A stretch of 48,853 nucleotides of DNA from contig JARFRD010000118.1 of assembly GCA_029287435.1 (NCBI GenBank), forward strand, positions 1 through 48,853, in the 5' to 3' direction. The notes beneath the pieces were generated by a model. That model searched no databases. It saw only the letters and a list, made by a program, of their open reading frames with translations, and was not told the origin of the DNA. Of the stretch, positions 28,215 to 38,788 are shown piece after piece. Within the stretch, counting starts at the first letter, position 1, and every line of letters begins with the position of its first letter. The translations under genes were made by a program, and so were the position numbers. Origin of the DNA: Gammaproteobacteria bacterium. GTDB taxonomy: Bacteria > Pseudomonadota > Gammaproteobacteria > SZUA-229.

Positions 28215-29636
28215 TTAGTAGCGGTAGTGATCAGGTTTGTATGGACCTTCAACGGGTACATTGATGTAGTCAGCCTGCTCCTGGGACAGGGGAGTCAGGT
28301 TTACCCCGATTTTCTGCAGGTGCAGTCGAGCGACTTTTTCATCAAGTATCTTTGGAAGTACGTATACCTTGTTATCGTACTCGTCAGACTTGTTGAAGAA
28401 TTCAATCTGAGCCATTACCTGGTTGGTGAATGATGCGGACATCACGAAGCTGGGATGACCTGTAGCGCATCCGAGGTTAACCAGGCGACCCTTGGCAAGA
28501 ACGATGATACGTTTACCATCAGGGAAGATAACATGGTCAACCTGTGGCTTGATTTCTTCCCACTCGTATTTCTCAAGTGAGGCGATATCAATCTCAGAAT
28601 CAAAGTGACCGATGTTGCAGACAATGGCTTCGTCTTTCATCGCAGCCATATGGTCATGATTGATGACATTGACATTACCGGTGGTGGTGACAAAGATGTC
28701 GCCTTCAGCAGAAGCTTCATCCATGTTAACTACGCGGTAGCCTTCCATTGCTGCCTGCAGTGCACAGATAGGGTCAATTTCAGTCACCCAGACGGTGGCG
28801 CCCATGCCACGGAATGCCTGTGCACAGCCTTTGCCCACGTCACCATAGCCCAGAACAACACAGATTTTGCCGGCAATCATGACATCGGTTGCACGCTTGA
28901 TACCATCGAGCAGGGATTCACGGCAACCATACAGGTTGTCGAACTTGGACTTTGTCACCGAGTCATTAACATTCATCGCCGGGAACAGCAGCTCACCAGC
29001 TTCTTCCATCTGGTACAGGCGGTGTACACCCGTGGTGGTTTCTTCGGTAACGCCCTTAACGCTTTCGGCAATATCTGTCCACTTGCTTGAGCCATCAGTG
29101 ATGGTGCGTTTCAGTACATCAATGATCGCTTTCCATTCTTCATTGTCGTCTGCCTTGGCATCGGGCACAGCACCGGCTTTTTCGTATTCAGCGCCTTTGT
29201 GAACCAGCAGGGTAGCGTCACCGCCATCATCAAGAATCATGTTAGGTGTACCACCGTCAGGCCATGTTAAAGCCTGCACGGTGCACCACCAGTACTCTTC
29301 AATGGTTTCGCCTTTCCACGCAAATACCGGGATACCATCAGCAGCGATAGCAGCCGCTGCCTGGTCCTGTGTAGAAAAGATGTTGCAAGATGCCCAGCGA
29401 ACTTCTGCACCCAGTGCGACCAGGGTTTCAATCAGCACGGCTGTCTGAATGGTCATGTGCAGGCTGCCGGTAATACGCGCGCCCTTGAGTGGTTGTGATG
29501 CGCCGAGTTCTTCACGCAGAGCCATCAGGCCCGGCATTTCAGTTTCGGCAATGGATATCTCCTTGCGGCCCCAGTCGGCCAGAGATAAATCTGCGACTTT
29601 GTAGTCGGTGAAATTTTGATCAATAACAGCATTCAT
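28215..29636 (-). CDS. ahcY: S-adenosylhomocysteine hydrolase
   Basis: [53 protein letters not shown]. Confidence 0.98.
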   Translation of the reverse strand: MNAVIDQNFTDYKVADLSLADWGRKEISIAETEMPGLMALREELGASQPLKGARITGSLHMTIQTAVLIETLVALGAEVRWASCNIFSTQDQAAAAIAADGIPVFAWKGETIEEYWWCTVQALTWPDGGTPNMILDDGGDATLLVHKGAEYEKAGAVPDAKADDNEEWKAIIDVLKRTITDGSSKWTDIAESVKGVTEETTTGVHRLYQMEEAGELLFPAMNVNDSVTKSKFDNLYGCRESLLDGIKRATDVMIAGKICVVLGYGDVGKGCAQAFRGMGATVWVTEIDPICALQAAMEGYRVVNMDEASAEGDIFVTTTGNVNVINHDHMAAMKDEAIVCNIGHFDSEIDIASLEKYEWEEIKPQVDHVIFPDGKRIIVLAKGRLVNLGCATGHPSFVMSASFTNQVMAQIEFFNKSDEYDNKVYVLPKILDEKVARLHLQKIGVNLTPLSQEQADYINVPVEGPYKPDHYRY

Positions 29637-29664
29637 AACTCATCTCCTAACGATAATTAAGAAA

Positions 29665-29737
29665 TGAGCGCCGTTGTTCAACTCTGAGCCTGACAGGCCT
29701 GAATGTGTGAATTCAGCCTGCTGCAGCGCCCCTCAGA
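29665..29737 (-). ncRNA. SAH riboswitch
   Basis: Minus strand UCUGAG-GGGCGCUGCAG-(P2 hairpin)-CAGGCUCAGA...CAACGGCGCUCA: P1 UCUGAG/CUCAGA, pseudoknot GGGCGCUG/CGGCGCUC; directly upstream of ahcY, with TATAAT at 29754-29759. Confidence 0.92.
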
Positions 29738-29779
29738 AAATAAGTAGGGCCATATTATAGCCCAGAATCAGGTTTCAGA

Positions 29780-30943
29780 TCACAGCCCGGCTGAGTCTCT
29801 CAGTGCATCAGCCTTGTCGGTTTTTTCCCAGGTGAAATCCGGTTCTTCACGCCCGAAATGCCCGTACGCCGCAGTATTGCGGTAAATTGGACGTAACAGA
29901 TCCAGCATCTGAACCAAACCTTTGGGTTTTAGATCAAAATGTTCACGAATTAGTTCAACAATTCGGTCATCGCCGATTTTTCCGGTACCAAATGTCTGCA
30001 CCGAGATCGAAGTGGGTTCAGCCACGCCAATCGCATATGAAACCTGGATTTCGCATTTTTCAGCAAGACCCGCGGCGACGATATTTTTTGCCACGTAGCG
30101 GCCAGCGTAGGCTGCTGAGCGGTCGACCTTGGAAGGGTCTTTACCCGAGAAGGCGCCACCACCGTGGCGTGCCATACCACCGTAGGTATCGACGATAATC
30201 TTGCGGCCGGTCAGGCCACAGTCACCAACAGGTCCGCCGATAACAAACTTGCCGGTGGGGTTGATGTGTACGTGGTCCTGCGGGCAATTCTTCAGCCATT
30301 CTTCAGGCAGTACAGGCTTGATGATTTCGTCCATCACGGCTTCGCGCAGAGCACTATATTCGATGTCCGGATCGTGTTGGGTAGAAAGCACAACAGCATC
30401 GATACCTACCGGCTTACCATCGTCGTACTGGAACGTAACCTGGCTTTTGGCATCAGGGCGTAACCAGGGCAGGGTGCCGTTTTTACGGATTTCGGCCTGT
30501 CTTTTAACCAGGCGATGCGCATAGGTGATTGGCGCTGGCATCAGTACTTCAGTTTCGTTGCTGGCATAGCCGAACATCAGGCCCTGGTCACCGGCGCCCT
30601 GTTCATGCTCATCAGACTCATCGACACCCATGGCGATATCAGCAGACTGCTTGTCGATGGAGGTAATAACAGCACAGGATTCCCAGTCGAATCCCATGTC
30701 AGAGTGGTTATAACCGATCTCTTTCACAGTCTGGCGAACCACATCCTGCATATCAACCCAGGCTTCCGTGGTGATTTCACCGGAAATAATAACCATGCCG
30801 GTATTAACCATGGTTTCACAGGCGACGCGTGCCTTGTTGTCCTGCTTGAAGATGGCGTCCAGGATGGCATCAGATATCTGGTCAGCGACCTTGTCCGGAT
30901 GACCTTCTGAAACTGATTCTGATGTAAACAGATGTCCGCTCAT
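29780..30943 (-). CDS. metK: S-adenosylmethionine synthetase
   Basis: [55 protein letters not shown]. Confidence 0.99.
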   Translation of the reverse strand: MSGHLFTSESVSEGHPDKVADQISDAILDAIFKQDNKARVACETMVNTGMVIISGEITTEAWVDMQDVVRQTVKEIGYNHSDMGFDWESCAVITSIDKQSADIAMGVDESDEHEQGAGDQGLMFGYASNETEVLMPAPITYAHRLVKRQAEIRKNGTLPWLRPDAKSQVTFQYDDGKPVGIDAVVLSTQHDPDIEYSALREAVMDEIIKPVLPEEWLKNCPQDHVHINPTGKFVIGGPVGDCGLTGRKIIVDTYGGMARHGGGAFSGKDPSKVDRSAAYAGRYVAKNIVAAGLAEKCEIQVSYAIGVAEPTSISVQTFGTGKIGDDRIVELIREHFDLKPKGLVQMLDLLRPIYRNTAAYGHFGREEPDFTWEKTDKADALRDSAGL

Positions 30944-31002
30944 AATGTATTACCTGTCGTTTTGGTCCGATTAATTGTTTCGGGATTAATTTTTCTCGGG
31001 TA

Positions 31003-31040
31003 ATAAAAAACCCGTCCAAGTGCAGCTTGAGACGGGTTTT
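31003..31040 (-). terminator. Intrinsic terminator in the metK leader (riboswitch expression platform)
   Basis: Minus strand CCCGUC(U)CAAG-CUGCA-CUUGGACGGG-UUUUUUAU. Confidence 0.85.
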
Positions 31041-31059
31041 CGATATTCTGATATCAAAA

Positions 31060-31113
31060 CTCGCTTTAGCTGCATTTATAAAGCGCCCGCAATCTGAGTC
31101 AAATTGGCGCGTG
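31060..31113 (-). ncRNA. SAM-II riboswitch aptamer
   Basis: Minus strand GCGCC-AAUUUGACUCAGAUUGC-GGGCGC-UUUAUAAAUGCAGCUAAAGCGAG fits the SAM-II H-type pseudoknot (P1 GCGCC/GGCGC, AUUU loop, UUGC/GCAG, GCUAAA); upstream of metK. Confidence 0.88.
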
Positions 31114-31122
31114 AATGGCAGA

Positions 31123-31150
31123 ATTATGCCTTATTTATTCAATCTGTCAA
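31123..31150 (-). promoter_or_regulatory. Sigma70-type promoter for the metK leader
   Basis: TTGACA (31150-31145), 16-nt spacer, CATAAT (31128-31123); predicted start just 5' of the aptamer. Confidence 0.65.
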
Positions 31151-31184
31151 CATAAGTGAATATATATCAGTGGGCGGATTTTTC

Positions 31185-31358
31185 TTACCGCAGAGGCACA
31201 GGAGTTAGTTTATTGGTGATTTCTTACGATACGATTTACGCAGGGTAGGCAATGCCCACCCTGCGCTTCTATTGTGAACATATTGCAGATAGTTAATTAA
31301 GCCTGATGTTGGCATATAACTTTTGTTTAACTCTGTGGGCTCTGTGCCTCTGTGGCAA
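31185..31358. repeat. MITE/REP-like element: 17-bp terminal inverted repeats with an internal REP-like palindrome
   Basis: TTACCGCAGAGGCACAG (31185-31201) versus CTGTGCCTCTGTGGCAA (31342-31358), 15/17; inner CGCAGGGTAGGC-AAT-GCCCACCCTGCG (31239-31265). Confidence 0.65.
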
Positions 31359-31366
31359 ATAAATAT

Positions 31367-33100
31367 TTATCGTTTGAGTAGTTCTTTGTATTCCTGCATC
31401 TCGGTATCAGATAAGCCGCTTTCCCTGAGTTTTGCATCGAGCACTTCGTAGCGTTCATCTTTATATTTGTTTAGCAATTGCTGCACCGCATCTTTATAAA
31501 CAGCTTCCTGTGCCTGTTTGTCATCTGTTCCCTGCACATCTCTTTGTAACAGTTTTTGCAGTATTTCGAACTCATTCGTTCCACGCCAGCGTTCCAGTAA
31601 TGCAGATGATGACAACCCGGGGTTATTCAGTATGGTCTCATGCAACTGGTGTAAAAGCGCAAAGCCCTGCAATGAAGTATCACGAAAGGTGTCCGGTATC
31701 GCACAAACTGATGCGAGTTCGGGGTGATGCAGCAGTAAAGCAATCGCATCCCTGGTGGCATTCTGTTTTATCTTGCGAGTGCTCCTTGGCGGTGCTGGCT
31801 GAACACTTATTGATGCTGTTTCCTGTTGTTTACTTTCACCGCTGAGTTTCTCAACCGAAATACCCACCAGCTCAGACAGGCGCTGGTACATAAGGTCCTT
31901 GAAAATACTCTCGGGTATCTTGCCAAGTAATGGTTTTGCCTTGTTCTCGAGTTTGGCCTTGCCTTCCATGGTTTCGATGTTGATTTCCTGTGTGAGTGCC
32001 TTGAACAAAAACTCCGATAACGGCGTGGCCTGATCAAGTCGTTGTTCGAACGCAGTCTTGCCTTCTTTTCTCACCAGTGAATCGGGATCTTCACCTTCAG
32101 GCAGGAAAAGGAAACTGGCTTCAAGGCCATCCCTGATAATGGGCAGTGTATTTTCCAGTGCGCGCCACGCAGCTTTGCGACCGGCATTGTCGCCGTCATA
32201 ACAGAACACGATCTGGTGAACTGAGCGGAACAGTTTCTGAATCTGGTCTTTGGTTGTTGCCGTGCCCAGGGAAGCGACGGCATATTCGATTCCGTTTTGC
32301 GCCAGGGCCACGACATCCATGTAGCCTTCAACAACTATAATGCGCGTGAGTTTTCGAACTGCCTGCCGTGCTTCGTAAAAGCCATAAAGCTCATAGCCTT
32401 TATGAAAGATTTCGGTTTCCGGTGAATTAAGATACTTGGGTTCGCCATCATCAATGATGCGGCCACCAAAAGCGATGGTGTGTCCCCGACGATCAAGAAT
32501 GGGGAACATGATGCGGTCACGAAAGCGGTCGTATTGCTTGTCCGCAGACTTGCGTATGACCATGCCCGATTTTTCCAGGGCATTGATATTATCAATGTTA
32601 TCAATTAGATAGCTCCATTCGTTTGGGGCGTAGCCGAGCTTGTAACGCTTGGCGATTTCACCGCTGAGGCCACGTTGCTTTAAATACTGGATGGCCCTGT
32701 CCGACTGCCGCAGTTGCGACTGGTACAGGTGTGAGGCAGATTCGAGAACATCGTACAGTTCCTGTTTTTCATCCCGGGTATCCCTGGTCCAGGGTGAGTC
32801 TTCCCTCGGAACTTCGAGGTGGTATTCAGCAGCAAGGGTTTCTATGGCGTCGACAAAATCCAGATGCTCATACTCCATCAGAAAACCGATTGCGGTGCCG
32901 TGGGCACCACAACCAAAGCAGTGATAGAACTGCTTGGCTTCACTGACGGTGAATGAGGGTGTTTTTTCGTTATGGAAAGGACAACAGGCCTGGTATTCAC
33001 GACCTTTTTTTTTCAACGGTACACGGGCATTGATAACCTCCACGATATCTGCGCGTGAGATTAAATCGTCGATAAAAGACTGTGGAATGCGGCCTGCCAT
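31367..33100 (-). CDS. dnaG: DNA primase
   Basis: Zn ribbon CPFHNEKTPSF...CFGC, DRFRDRIMFPI, PKYLNSPET, TOPRIM VEGYMDV and YDGDNAG. Confidence 0.98.
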   Translation of the reverse strand: MAGRIPQSFIDDLISRADIVEVINARVPLKKKGREYQACCPFHNEKTPSFTVSEAKQFYHCFGCGAHGTAIGFLMEYEHLDFVDAIETLAAEYHLEVPREDSPWTRDTRDEKQELYDVLESASHLYQSQLRQSDRAIQYLKQRGLSGEIAKRYKLGYAPNEWSYLIDNIDNINALEKSGMVIRKSADKQYDRFRDRIMFPILDRRGHTIAFGGRIIDDGEPKYLNSPETEIFHKGYELYGFYEARQAVRKLTRIIVVEGYMDVVALAQNGIEYAVASLGTATTKDQIQKLFRSVHQIVFCYDGDNAGRKAAWRALENTLPIIRDGLEASFLFLPEGEDPDSLVRKEGKTAFEQRLDQATPLSEFLFKALTQEINIETMEGKAKLENKAKPLLGKIPESIFKDLMYQRLSELVGISVEKLSGESKQQETASISVQPAPPRSTRKIKQNATRDAIALLLHHPELASVCAIPDTFRDTSLQGFALLHQLHETILNNPGLSSSALLERWRGTNEFEILQKLLQRDVQGTDDKQAQEAVYKDAVQQLLNKYKDERYEVLDAKLRESGLSDTEMQEYKELLKR

Positions 33101-33116
33101 TCGATACGGATGTCAG

Positions 33117-34286
33117 CTAGGGAATAAGGTTCGCGAATGACAACTGGCGAGGGTTGAATATCCGTTCGTATTCGATAATAGCGTATCGGTCGGTCATGCC
33201 AGCTATATAGTCAGCGATACATCTTGCCATGCCTTCATCACCGGACTGATAATCCAGCGCCTGGTACTGCTCCAGTGCTTCGACAGGCAGGATTTTTATG
33301 TCATTCATAAAGGCTTCGAACAGCGCGGTGAGAATACCGTGAGCCTTGCGCGTCATGCGATGAACGCGGTAATGCTGGTACAGATTCTTGCGCAGGAACT
33401 GTTTCAGTTCGAGTTTCTGCGCTGACATGTCCTCACTGAACGCCATCAATGGTCGCGCCTGTTTTCTGACATCGTCGATTGTTTGCAAATCAGCTGCTTC
33501 AATATTGCTACGACTGGTGTCGATTAAATCAACGACCATTACGTTGATCATGCGGCGAATAATCTCGTGTACCAGCTGTTTGTCATTGAGGTTTTTATAT
33601 TGCTTGACAACCTTATCGTGTTGATCGCGGAACAATTTTATTTTCAGTAAGTCATCGAATGCGATAAGGCCGTAGCGAAGTCCGTCATCGACATCATGGT
33701 TACTGTAGGCCGTTTCATCTGAAAGATCGACGAGCTGAGCCTCAAGGCTTGGTTGGGTATGATTGATAAAACGGCTGGCTACTTCACCCAGCGTTCTGGC
33801 ATTGTTTGTTGAACAGTGTTTAAGGATGCCTTCGCGTGTTTCGAACATCAGGTTTAGACCGAGGAACTCGGCGTATTTCTGTTCCAGCGTGTCAACCACG
33901 CGTAATGACTGCAGGTTGTGTTCAAAACCGCCATAGTCTTGCATGCACTCATTCAGTGCAGTCTGTCCCGCATGTCCAAACGGTGTATGGCCAAGATCAT
34001 GTGATAGTGCAATGGATTCGGCCAGGTCTTCGTGCAGATGTAATTCGCGGGCGATACTGCGCGCGATCTGGGCGACTTCGAGTGAGTGGGTCAGGCGTGT
34101 GCGGAACAGATCGCCTTCGTGGTTCACGAATACCTGGGTCTTGTATTCAAGTCGACGGAATGCTGCAGAATGAATGATACGATCCCTGTCACGCTGGTAT
34201 TCATTGCGGTAAATCGGCGAGCCTTCGGGGTGCCTGCGGCCTGTGCTGTTTTCCTGGATGCTGGCATATGGGGCAAGGTTGTCCAT
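33117..34286 (-). CDS. dgt: dGTP triphosphohydrolase-like HD protein
   Basis: RDRDRIIHSAAFRRLEYKTQV, RTRLTHSLEV, HDLGHTPFGHAG, DYIAGMTDRYA. Confidence 0.95.
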   Translation of the reverse strand: MDNLAPYASIQENSTGRRHPEGSPIYRNEYQRDRDRIIHSAAFRRLEYKTQVFVNHEGDLFRTRLTHSLEVAQIARSIARELHLHEDLAESIALSHDLGHTPFGHAGQTALNECMQDYGGFEHNLQSLRVVDTLEQKYAEFLGLNLMFETREGILKHCSTNNARTLGEVASRFINHTQPSLEAQLVDLSDETAYSNHDVDDGLRYGLIAFDDLLKIKLFRDQHDKVVKQYKNLNDKQLVHEIIRRMINVMVVDLIDTSRSNIEAADLQTIDDVRKQARPLMAFSEDMSAQKLELKQFLRKNLYQHYRVHRMTRKAHGILTALFEAFMNDIKILPVEALEQYQALDYQSGDEGMARCIADYIAGMTDRYAIIEYERIFNPRQLSFANLIP

Positions 34287-34295
34287 GATGATTAC

Positions 34296-35378
34296 TCAGT
34301 TTGCGTAACTGCTTTGAATCGCAGTTATGAGTTGTTCCGGGGTGTAATCATCGGTGATAACAGCATGCCCTACAGCCTTTAGTAGAACCAGGCGGAGAAC
34401 GCCGTCCATGACTTTCTTATCGACCGACATCAGGTCGATGAACTGCTCAATACTCAGATCATTCGGAGCGTGAATCGGCAGATTGGCCTGTGCAATCAGG
34501 CTTGTGGTGCGTTTAACTGCTTCTGTATTGATCCATCCAAGTTGCTGCGACATAATTGCTGCCATGCACATGCCGGTTGCGACGGCCTCACCATGTAGCC
34601 ATTGTCCGTAGCCAAGACCGGCTTCTATAGCGTGGCCAAATGTATGACCCAGGTTAAGCAGGGCGCGTTGACCACTTTCTTTTTCGTCGGCTGCGACCAC
34701 TTCTGCCTTGTTACGGCAGGAAACTTCGATGGCGTGTTCCAGTGCCTGAGTATCGCGTTGCAACAACTTGTCCATATTTTGTTCCAGCCACTCAAAGAAA
34801 GGCAGATCCCTGATAAGACCATATTTGATGACTTCTGCGATTCCGGCACTGAGCTCCCTGTCAGGTAAGGTATTCAGGGTAGCTGTGTCAGCAATAACAG
34901 CTTTTGGCTGATAAAAAGCGCCAATCATGTTTTTGCCAAGAGGGTGATTAACTGCTGTTTTACCACCTACCGATGAATCAACCTGTGACAGCAATGTGGT
35001 CGGGATTTGCACCAGGTGCACACCGCGCTGATAACTCGCAGCAGCGAAACCGGCCATGTCACCTATCACACCGCCGCCGAGTGCAATTATTGTTGTGTTT
35101 CGATCCAGTTTCCTGCCGAGCAGAACGTCATAGATGGTGTTCAGCGTTTCAAGATTCTTGAATTCTTCGCCATCAGGCAAGATGCAGGTTTCAGTGTGCT
35201 TGTCTTCAAGCATGGCGAGTATTTGTTCAAGGTACAGCGGAGCGACTGTCTCGTTGCTGACGATCAGAACATTGCTGCCAGGCACGTGCTGCTGCAGAAG
35301 TTTTTTGTCACCCAGCAGGTTGTCACCGATATATATCGGGTAGCTGCGCTCGCCGAGGTCTACGTTAAGAGTAATCAT
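34296..35378 (-). CDS. aroB: 3-dehydroquinate synthase
   Basis: [47 protein letters not shown]. Confidence 0.98.
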   Translation of the reverse strand: MITLNVDLGERSYPIYIGDNLLGDKKLLQQHVPGSNVLIVSNETVAPLYLEQILAMLEDKHTETCILPDGEEFKNLETLNTIYDVLLGRKLDRNTTIIALGGGVIGDMAGFAAASYQRGVHLVQIPTTLLSQVDSSVGGKTAVNHPLGKNMIGAFYQPKAVIADTATLNTLPDRELSAGIAEVIKYGLIRDLPFFEWLEQNMDKLLQRDTQALEHAIEVSCRNKAEVVAADEKESGQRALLNLGHTFGHAIEAGLGYGQWLHGEAVATGMCMAAIMSQQLGWINTEAVKRTTSLIAQANLPIHAPNDLSIEQFIDLMSVDKKVMDGVLRLVLLKAVGHAVITDDYTPEQLITAIQSSYAN

Positions 35379-35416
35379 GTGTGTCAGGATCAGTTACTAA
35401 CGAAATTTTTTACGTA

Positions 35417-35944
35417 CTAGCCAGTTGAGGTGTCGAGATGTCCCATAATAGCCTTAATTACACCACGTATCGAGGTGTGGCCGGTATCGATGACAAAATC
35501 GGCTGTTTGTCGGTATAGAGGATCACGCTCTTCCATCAGGCGTTTCAAGATGACTTCGGGAGGCTCTTCACCATGGAGCAGGGGGCGATTTTTGTCCTTG
35601 CGGGTTCGTTCCAGCAGATTGTCGAGACTGCTAAACAGATAAAAAGTAGTACCGCGTTCAATCAGGTGCTGGCGGTTTTCCTTGCGTAATACGGCGCCGC
35701 CGCCCGTAGCAAGAACAATATTATCCTTGCCAGTAAGTTCATCGATGACAGCCTGTTCACGTTTTCGAAATCCTTCTTCACCTTCAAGATCAAAAATGAG
35801 GGGGATATCTGCGCCGGTCTGTTCTTCGATTACGCGGTCGCTGTCATAGAAGGATTTTTTCAATTCTTTTGACAGCTGGCGACCAATAGTGGTTTTGCCA
35901 GCACCCATGGGGCCGATCAGAAAAATGTTACCAGACGTGCTCAT
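35417..35944 (-). CDS. aroK: Shikimate kinase
   Basis: GPMGAGKTT, EGEEGFR, ATGGGAV, RPLL, ERDPLY. Confidence 0.97.
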   Translation of the reverse strand: MSTSGNIFLIGPMGAGKTTIGRQLSKELKKSFYDSDRVIEEQTGADIPLIFDLEGEEGFRKREQAVIDELTGKDNIVLATGGGAVLRKENRQHLIERGTTFYLFSSLDNLLERTRKDKNRPLLHGEEPPEVILKRLMEERDPLYRQTADFVIDTGHTSIRGVIKAIMGHLDTSTG

Positions 35945-36021
35945 ATGCTGTGAATTCTACACTGCACCCGGACACTGTAACAGGGATGCGATAACAGGCA
36001 GGGCTTATCAGGTCCGGGCAA

Positions 36022-36048
36022 ATAAAAAGGGCCGCATTTCTGCGGCCC
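36022..36048 (-). terminator. Intrinsic terminator after pilQ
   Basis: Minus strand GGGCCGCA-GAAA-UGCGGCCC-UUUUUAU. Confidence 0.85.
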
Positions 36049-36074
36049 CCCGGGATGTTGTGACGCCTGTCGTA

Positions 36075-38237
36075 TTACAGTGACAAGGTGTCTTTCAGAA
36101 TCTTAGGTGTTACGAATATCAACAGCTCGGCTTTTTCATCACTCTTCAGTGTGTGCTTGAAGAGGTATCCGATTAGTGGAATGTCACCCAGGAAGGGCAC
36201 CTTGTCGACTTCGTCACGAGTGATCTGCTCGTAGATACCGCCCAGTACAATGGTGTCACCATTGTTCACCAGTACCTGGGTATCAACCTCACGTGTATCG
36301 ATACTCGGGATACCAGCGAAAACTTCGCCTACGGTGTCCTGGTTAACAGCCAGATCCATGATGATACGGTCATCCGGTGTGATCTGTGGTGTTACCACGA
36401 TACTGAGTACGGCCTTCTTGAACTCAACCTGGGTAGCACCACTTGAGGTAGCAGACAGGTAAGGAATCTCTACACCCTGTTCGATGAAAGCTTCATGCCT
36501 GTCAGCGGTGACCACGCGTGGGCTGGAGATGTTTTCAACTTCATTTTCAGCCTGCGCTGCTGACAGTTCCAGATCGATCAGTGAGCTACCACTCAAGATA
36601 GAGAAAGCAAGGCTACCTGCTTGTACGCCTGTGTTTGGCAGATTCACGTTGAAGCGGTCAGTTGTACCAAAGGGGATACCGGAAAGACCGTTACCGCCAT
36701 TATTGATCACATCATCGATCATGCTGTCTGTCGCAGCAATGCTACCTGACGTGTTGCCAGCACCGGCTACACCGTCAATTGATGTTGTCTTGGTGAAACC
36801 AAAGCGGCTGCCCAGTTCACGTGTAAACTGGTCTCCTGCGATAACGATTCGTGATGAGATCATTACCTGGCGTACCGGGATATCCAGTTCCTTCAGAATC
36901 TTCCTGATTTCAGAGATTACTTCTTCGGTATCTTTAACAATCAGTGTATTGGTGCGCTCATCGATGATGATGCTGCCGCGTGGTGACAGCAGGCTACCGC
37001 TTGCGCCGCCTTCTTCGTCACCGCCGCCTGCTTCAAACAGTGGCTGTAGTTCAGTTACCTTGGCAAAGTTAACCGTGAAAAAGGCTGAACGGATTGGTGC
37101 CAGTTCGGTAATTGCCTGGGCAGCTTCGAGGTCAATTTTTTCCTGAGCCGCTATTTCTTCACTCGGTGCTATCAGCATAACGTTGCCTGATTCACGCTTT
37201 GACAGACCCTTGGACTTGAGGATGATATCCAGAGCCTGATCCCATGGAACATTCTGTAGTCGCAACGTCAGGTTGCCATCAACCGAGTCACTAACCACAA
37301 CGTTGAGGCTGGTGAAGTCTGCGATCAGCTGTAATACAGCACGTACAGGAATATCCTGGAAATTAAGTGACAGACGGTCGCCGGTGTAGCCGAACTTGTC
37401 TTTAACTTTCTCATCAAGCTCTTTCTTGCTAATAGGCTTGAGTTCGATAGTGAAGATGTTGTTAGCCTGGTACGAGACATGCTCGAAATCACGACTGACT
37501 GGTTCGATTTCAATGCGGACATTGCCATCCTGAACATAACTGCTAACTGTTTTGACAGGTGTTGCAAAGTCCAGAACGTCGAGTGTCTGGCGCAGTTCAT
37601 CCGGCAGGCTGGAGCCGAGGAACTTGACCACAACCTTGCCAAACTCTTCATTGATATCCATCGGGATATTACTTTCAGTCAGAGTAACAACGATGCGACC
37701 TTCACCATTCTCACCACGGCGGAAGTCTATATTGTCTACACCCTTGGCGCGGTCAGAGAATCGCGCACCACCGGCTGCAGCTGCTGTGCTCGAAGTGTCA
37801 GCGAAGCCGCTTCCTGTGCCTTCGCTATCAAGTGTGATCAGTACATTGCTGCCCTCCATGTTGACTGAGTAGGGCACAACCTCGGTCATATTCAGGATGA
37901 CGCGAGTTTTGTCTTTTGCTGTAATCGCGGTAATCGATTGCGCAACACCAATGCCGATGGGCTGGGAACGTTTTGGCAGTTTGCTGCTGGTGTTTGCGAA
38001 ATCAAAAGCAATACGAGCAGGGTTATCGATCGTAAAGCTTAATGGCTGCGCCGACGGTTCAGACATGCCAAGTACAATCTGCAGGCGATTACCCGGCAGC
38101 GTCGAGTATGTTACTGACTCGAGTGTATTAGCGGCATAACTGATGCTTGCAGATGTCAATGCTGTAAATAGCAATAACAACTTTAGCAGGCTTGCGCTTA
38201 TTATTTTTCTTGTAAACCCTGCAACTAACGTTTTCAT
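36075..38237 (-). CDS. pilQ: Type IV pilus secretin PilQ
   Basis: Signal peptide, AMIN domains, LSLNFQDI, VPWDQALD, KVPFLGDIPLIGYLF, LLIFVTPKI. Confidence 0.97.
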   Translation of the reverse strand: MKTLVAGFTRKIISASLLKLLLLFTALTSASISYAANTLESVTYSTLPGNRLQIVLGMSEPSAQPLSFTIDNPARIAFDFANTSSKLPKRSQPIGIGVAQSITAITAKDKTRVILNMTEVVPYSVNMEGSNVLITLDSEGTGSGFADTSSTAAAAGGARFSDRAKGVDNIDFRRGENGEGRIVVTLTESNIPMDINEEFGKVVVKFLGSSLPDELRQTLDVLDFATPVKTVSSYVQDGNVRIEIEPVSRDFEHVSYQANNIFTIELKPISKKELDEKVKDKFGYTGDRLSLNFQDIPVRAVLQLIADFTSLNVVVSDSVDGNLTLRLQNVPWDQALDIILKSKGLSKRESGNVMLIAPSEEIAAQEKIDLEAAQAITELAPIRSAFFTVNFAKVTELQPLFEAGGGDEEGGASGSLLSPRGSIIIDERTNTLIVKDTEEVISEIRKILKELDIPVRQVMISSRIVIAGDQFTRELGSRFGFTKTTSIDGVAGAGNTSGSIAATDSMIDDVINNGGNGLSGIPFGTTDRFNVNLPNTGVQAGSLAFSILSGSSLIDLELSAAQAENEVENISSPRVVTADRHEAFIEQGVEIPYLSATSSGATQVEFKKAVLSIVVTPQITPDDRIIMDLAVNQDTVGEVFAGIPSIDTREVDTQVLVNNGDTIVLGGIYEQITRDEVDKVPFLGDIPLIGYLFKHTLKSDEKAELLIFVTPKILKDTLSL

Positions 38238-38251
38238 ATCATGCTCCGCCT

Positions 38252-38788
38252 TTACTGTTCTCCAATTGCAATGGAGGCGTCACGTTCAATGTAACCGCCT
38301 ACACCATCGGGAATAATTTCTACTAAAAATATTTCGCTTTCTGAGATGCTTGTTACATGACCTTCATTCTGGCCCATGTAGTTTCCAATCCTTACGCGGT
38401 GAACCACTTGCTTGGGATCCTCGATCAATCCCCACAAGTTATCTCCCTGTTCCAGTACGCCCACCATGCGCAGCGTATCCAGAGGAAATGCTTCCAGCGG
38501 CTGTCTAGGTCTTGTAGTGTCGGGTGAGAGAAGGTTCTTGTCGCTTTCTTCTTCATCTTCTTCCCGGGTAGCAACGAAGGGGTCGCGTAACTCAGCTGCG
38601 CTGTATGCAAAGCTTTCATAAGGCTTGAATTGAGGTAATGGCTGAACACTGCCAACAGTGGCAGATTTTGCCTGCTCAATATAAGCATACAGGTCGTCTG
38701 TGCTCTCAGCACAGCCTGATATTGCGATAGCTGTGATTGATGTCAAAAAGAGTGCTTTATAGCTTATTATATTCTTTTTCATCATCAT
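38252..38788 (-). CDS. pilP: Type IV pilus lipoprotein PilP
   Basis: Lipobox ISGC, LRDPF, LEAFPLDTLRMVG, GNYMGQNEG. Confidence 0.95.
   Translation of the reverse strand: MMMKKNIISYKALFLTSITAIAISGCAESTDDLYAYIEQAKSATVGSVQPLPQFKPYESFAYSAAELRDPFVATREEDEEESDKNLLSPDTTRPRQPLEAFPLDTLRMVGVLEQGDNLWGLIEDPKQVVHRVRIGNYMGQNEGHVTSISESEIFLVEIIPDGVGGYIERDASIAIGEQ

Noticed and set aside
28215-29636. About 40-aa insertion in AhcY
   Set aside because: Known feature of long-form bacterial and plant SAH hydrolases
30944-31002. Possible second (SAM-V-like) aptamer between the terminator and metK
   Set aside because: Only an AATTAATC direct repeat and a weak hairpin; no pseudoknot consensus seen
36484-37146. Long antisense ORFs (220 aa opposite pilQ; similar ones opposite pilJ, apbE, ahcY and yqeY)
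   Set aside because: Shadow frames of well-supported genes, Ser/Thr-rich, with no motifs
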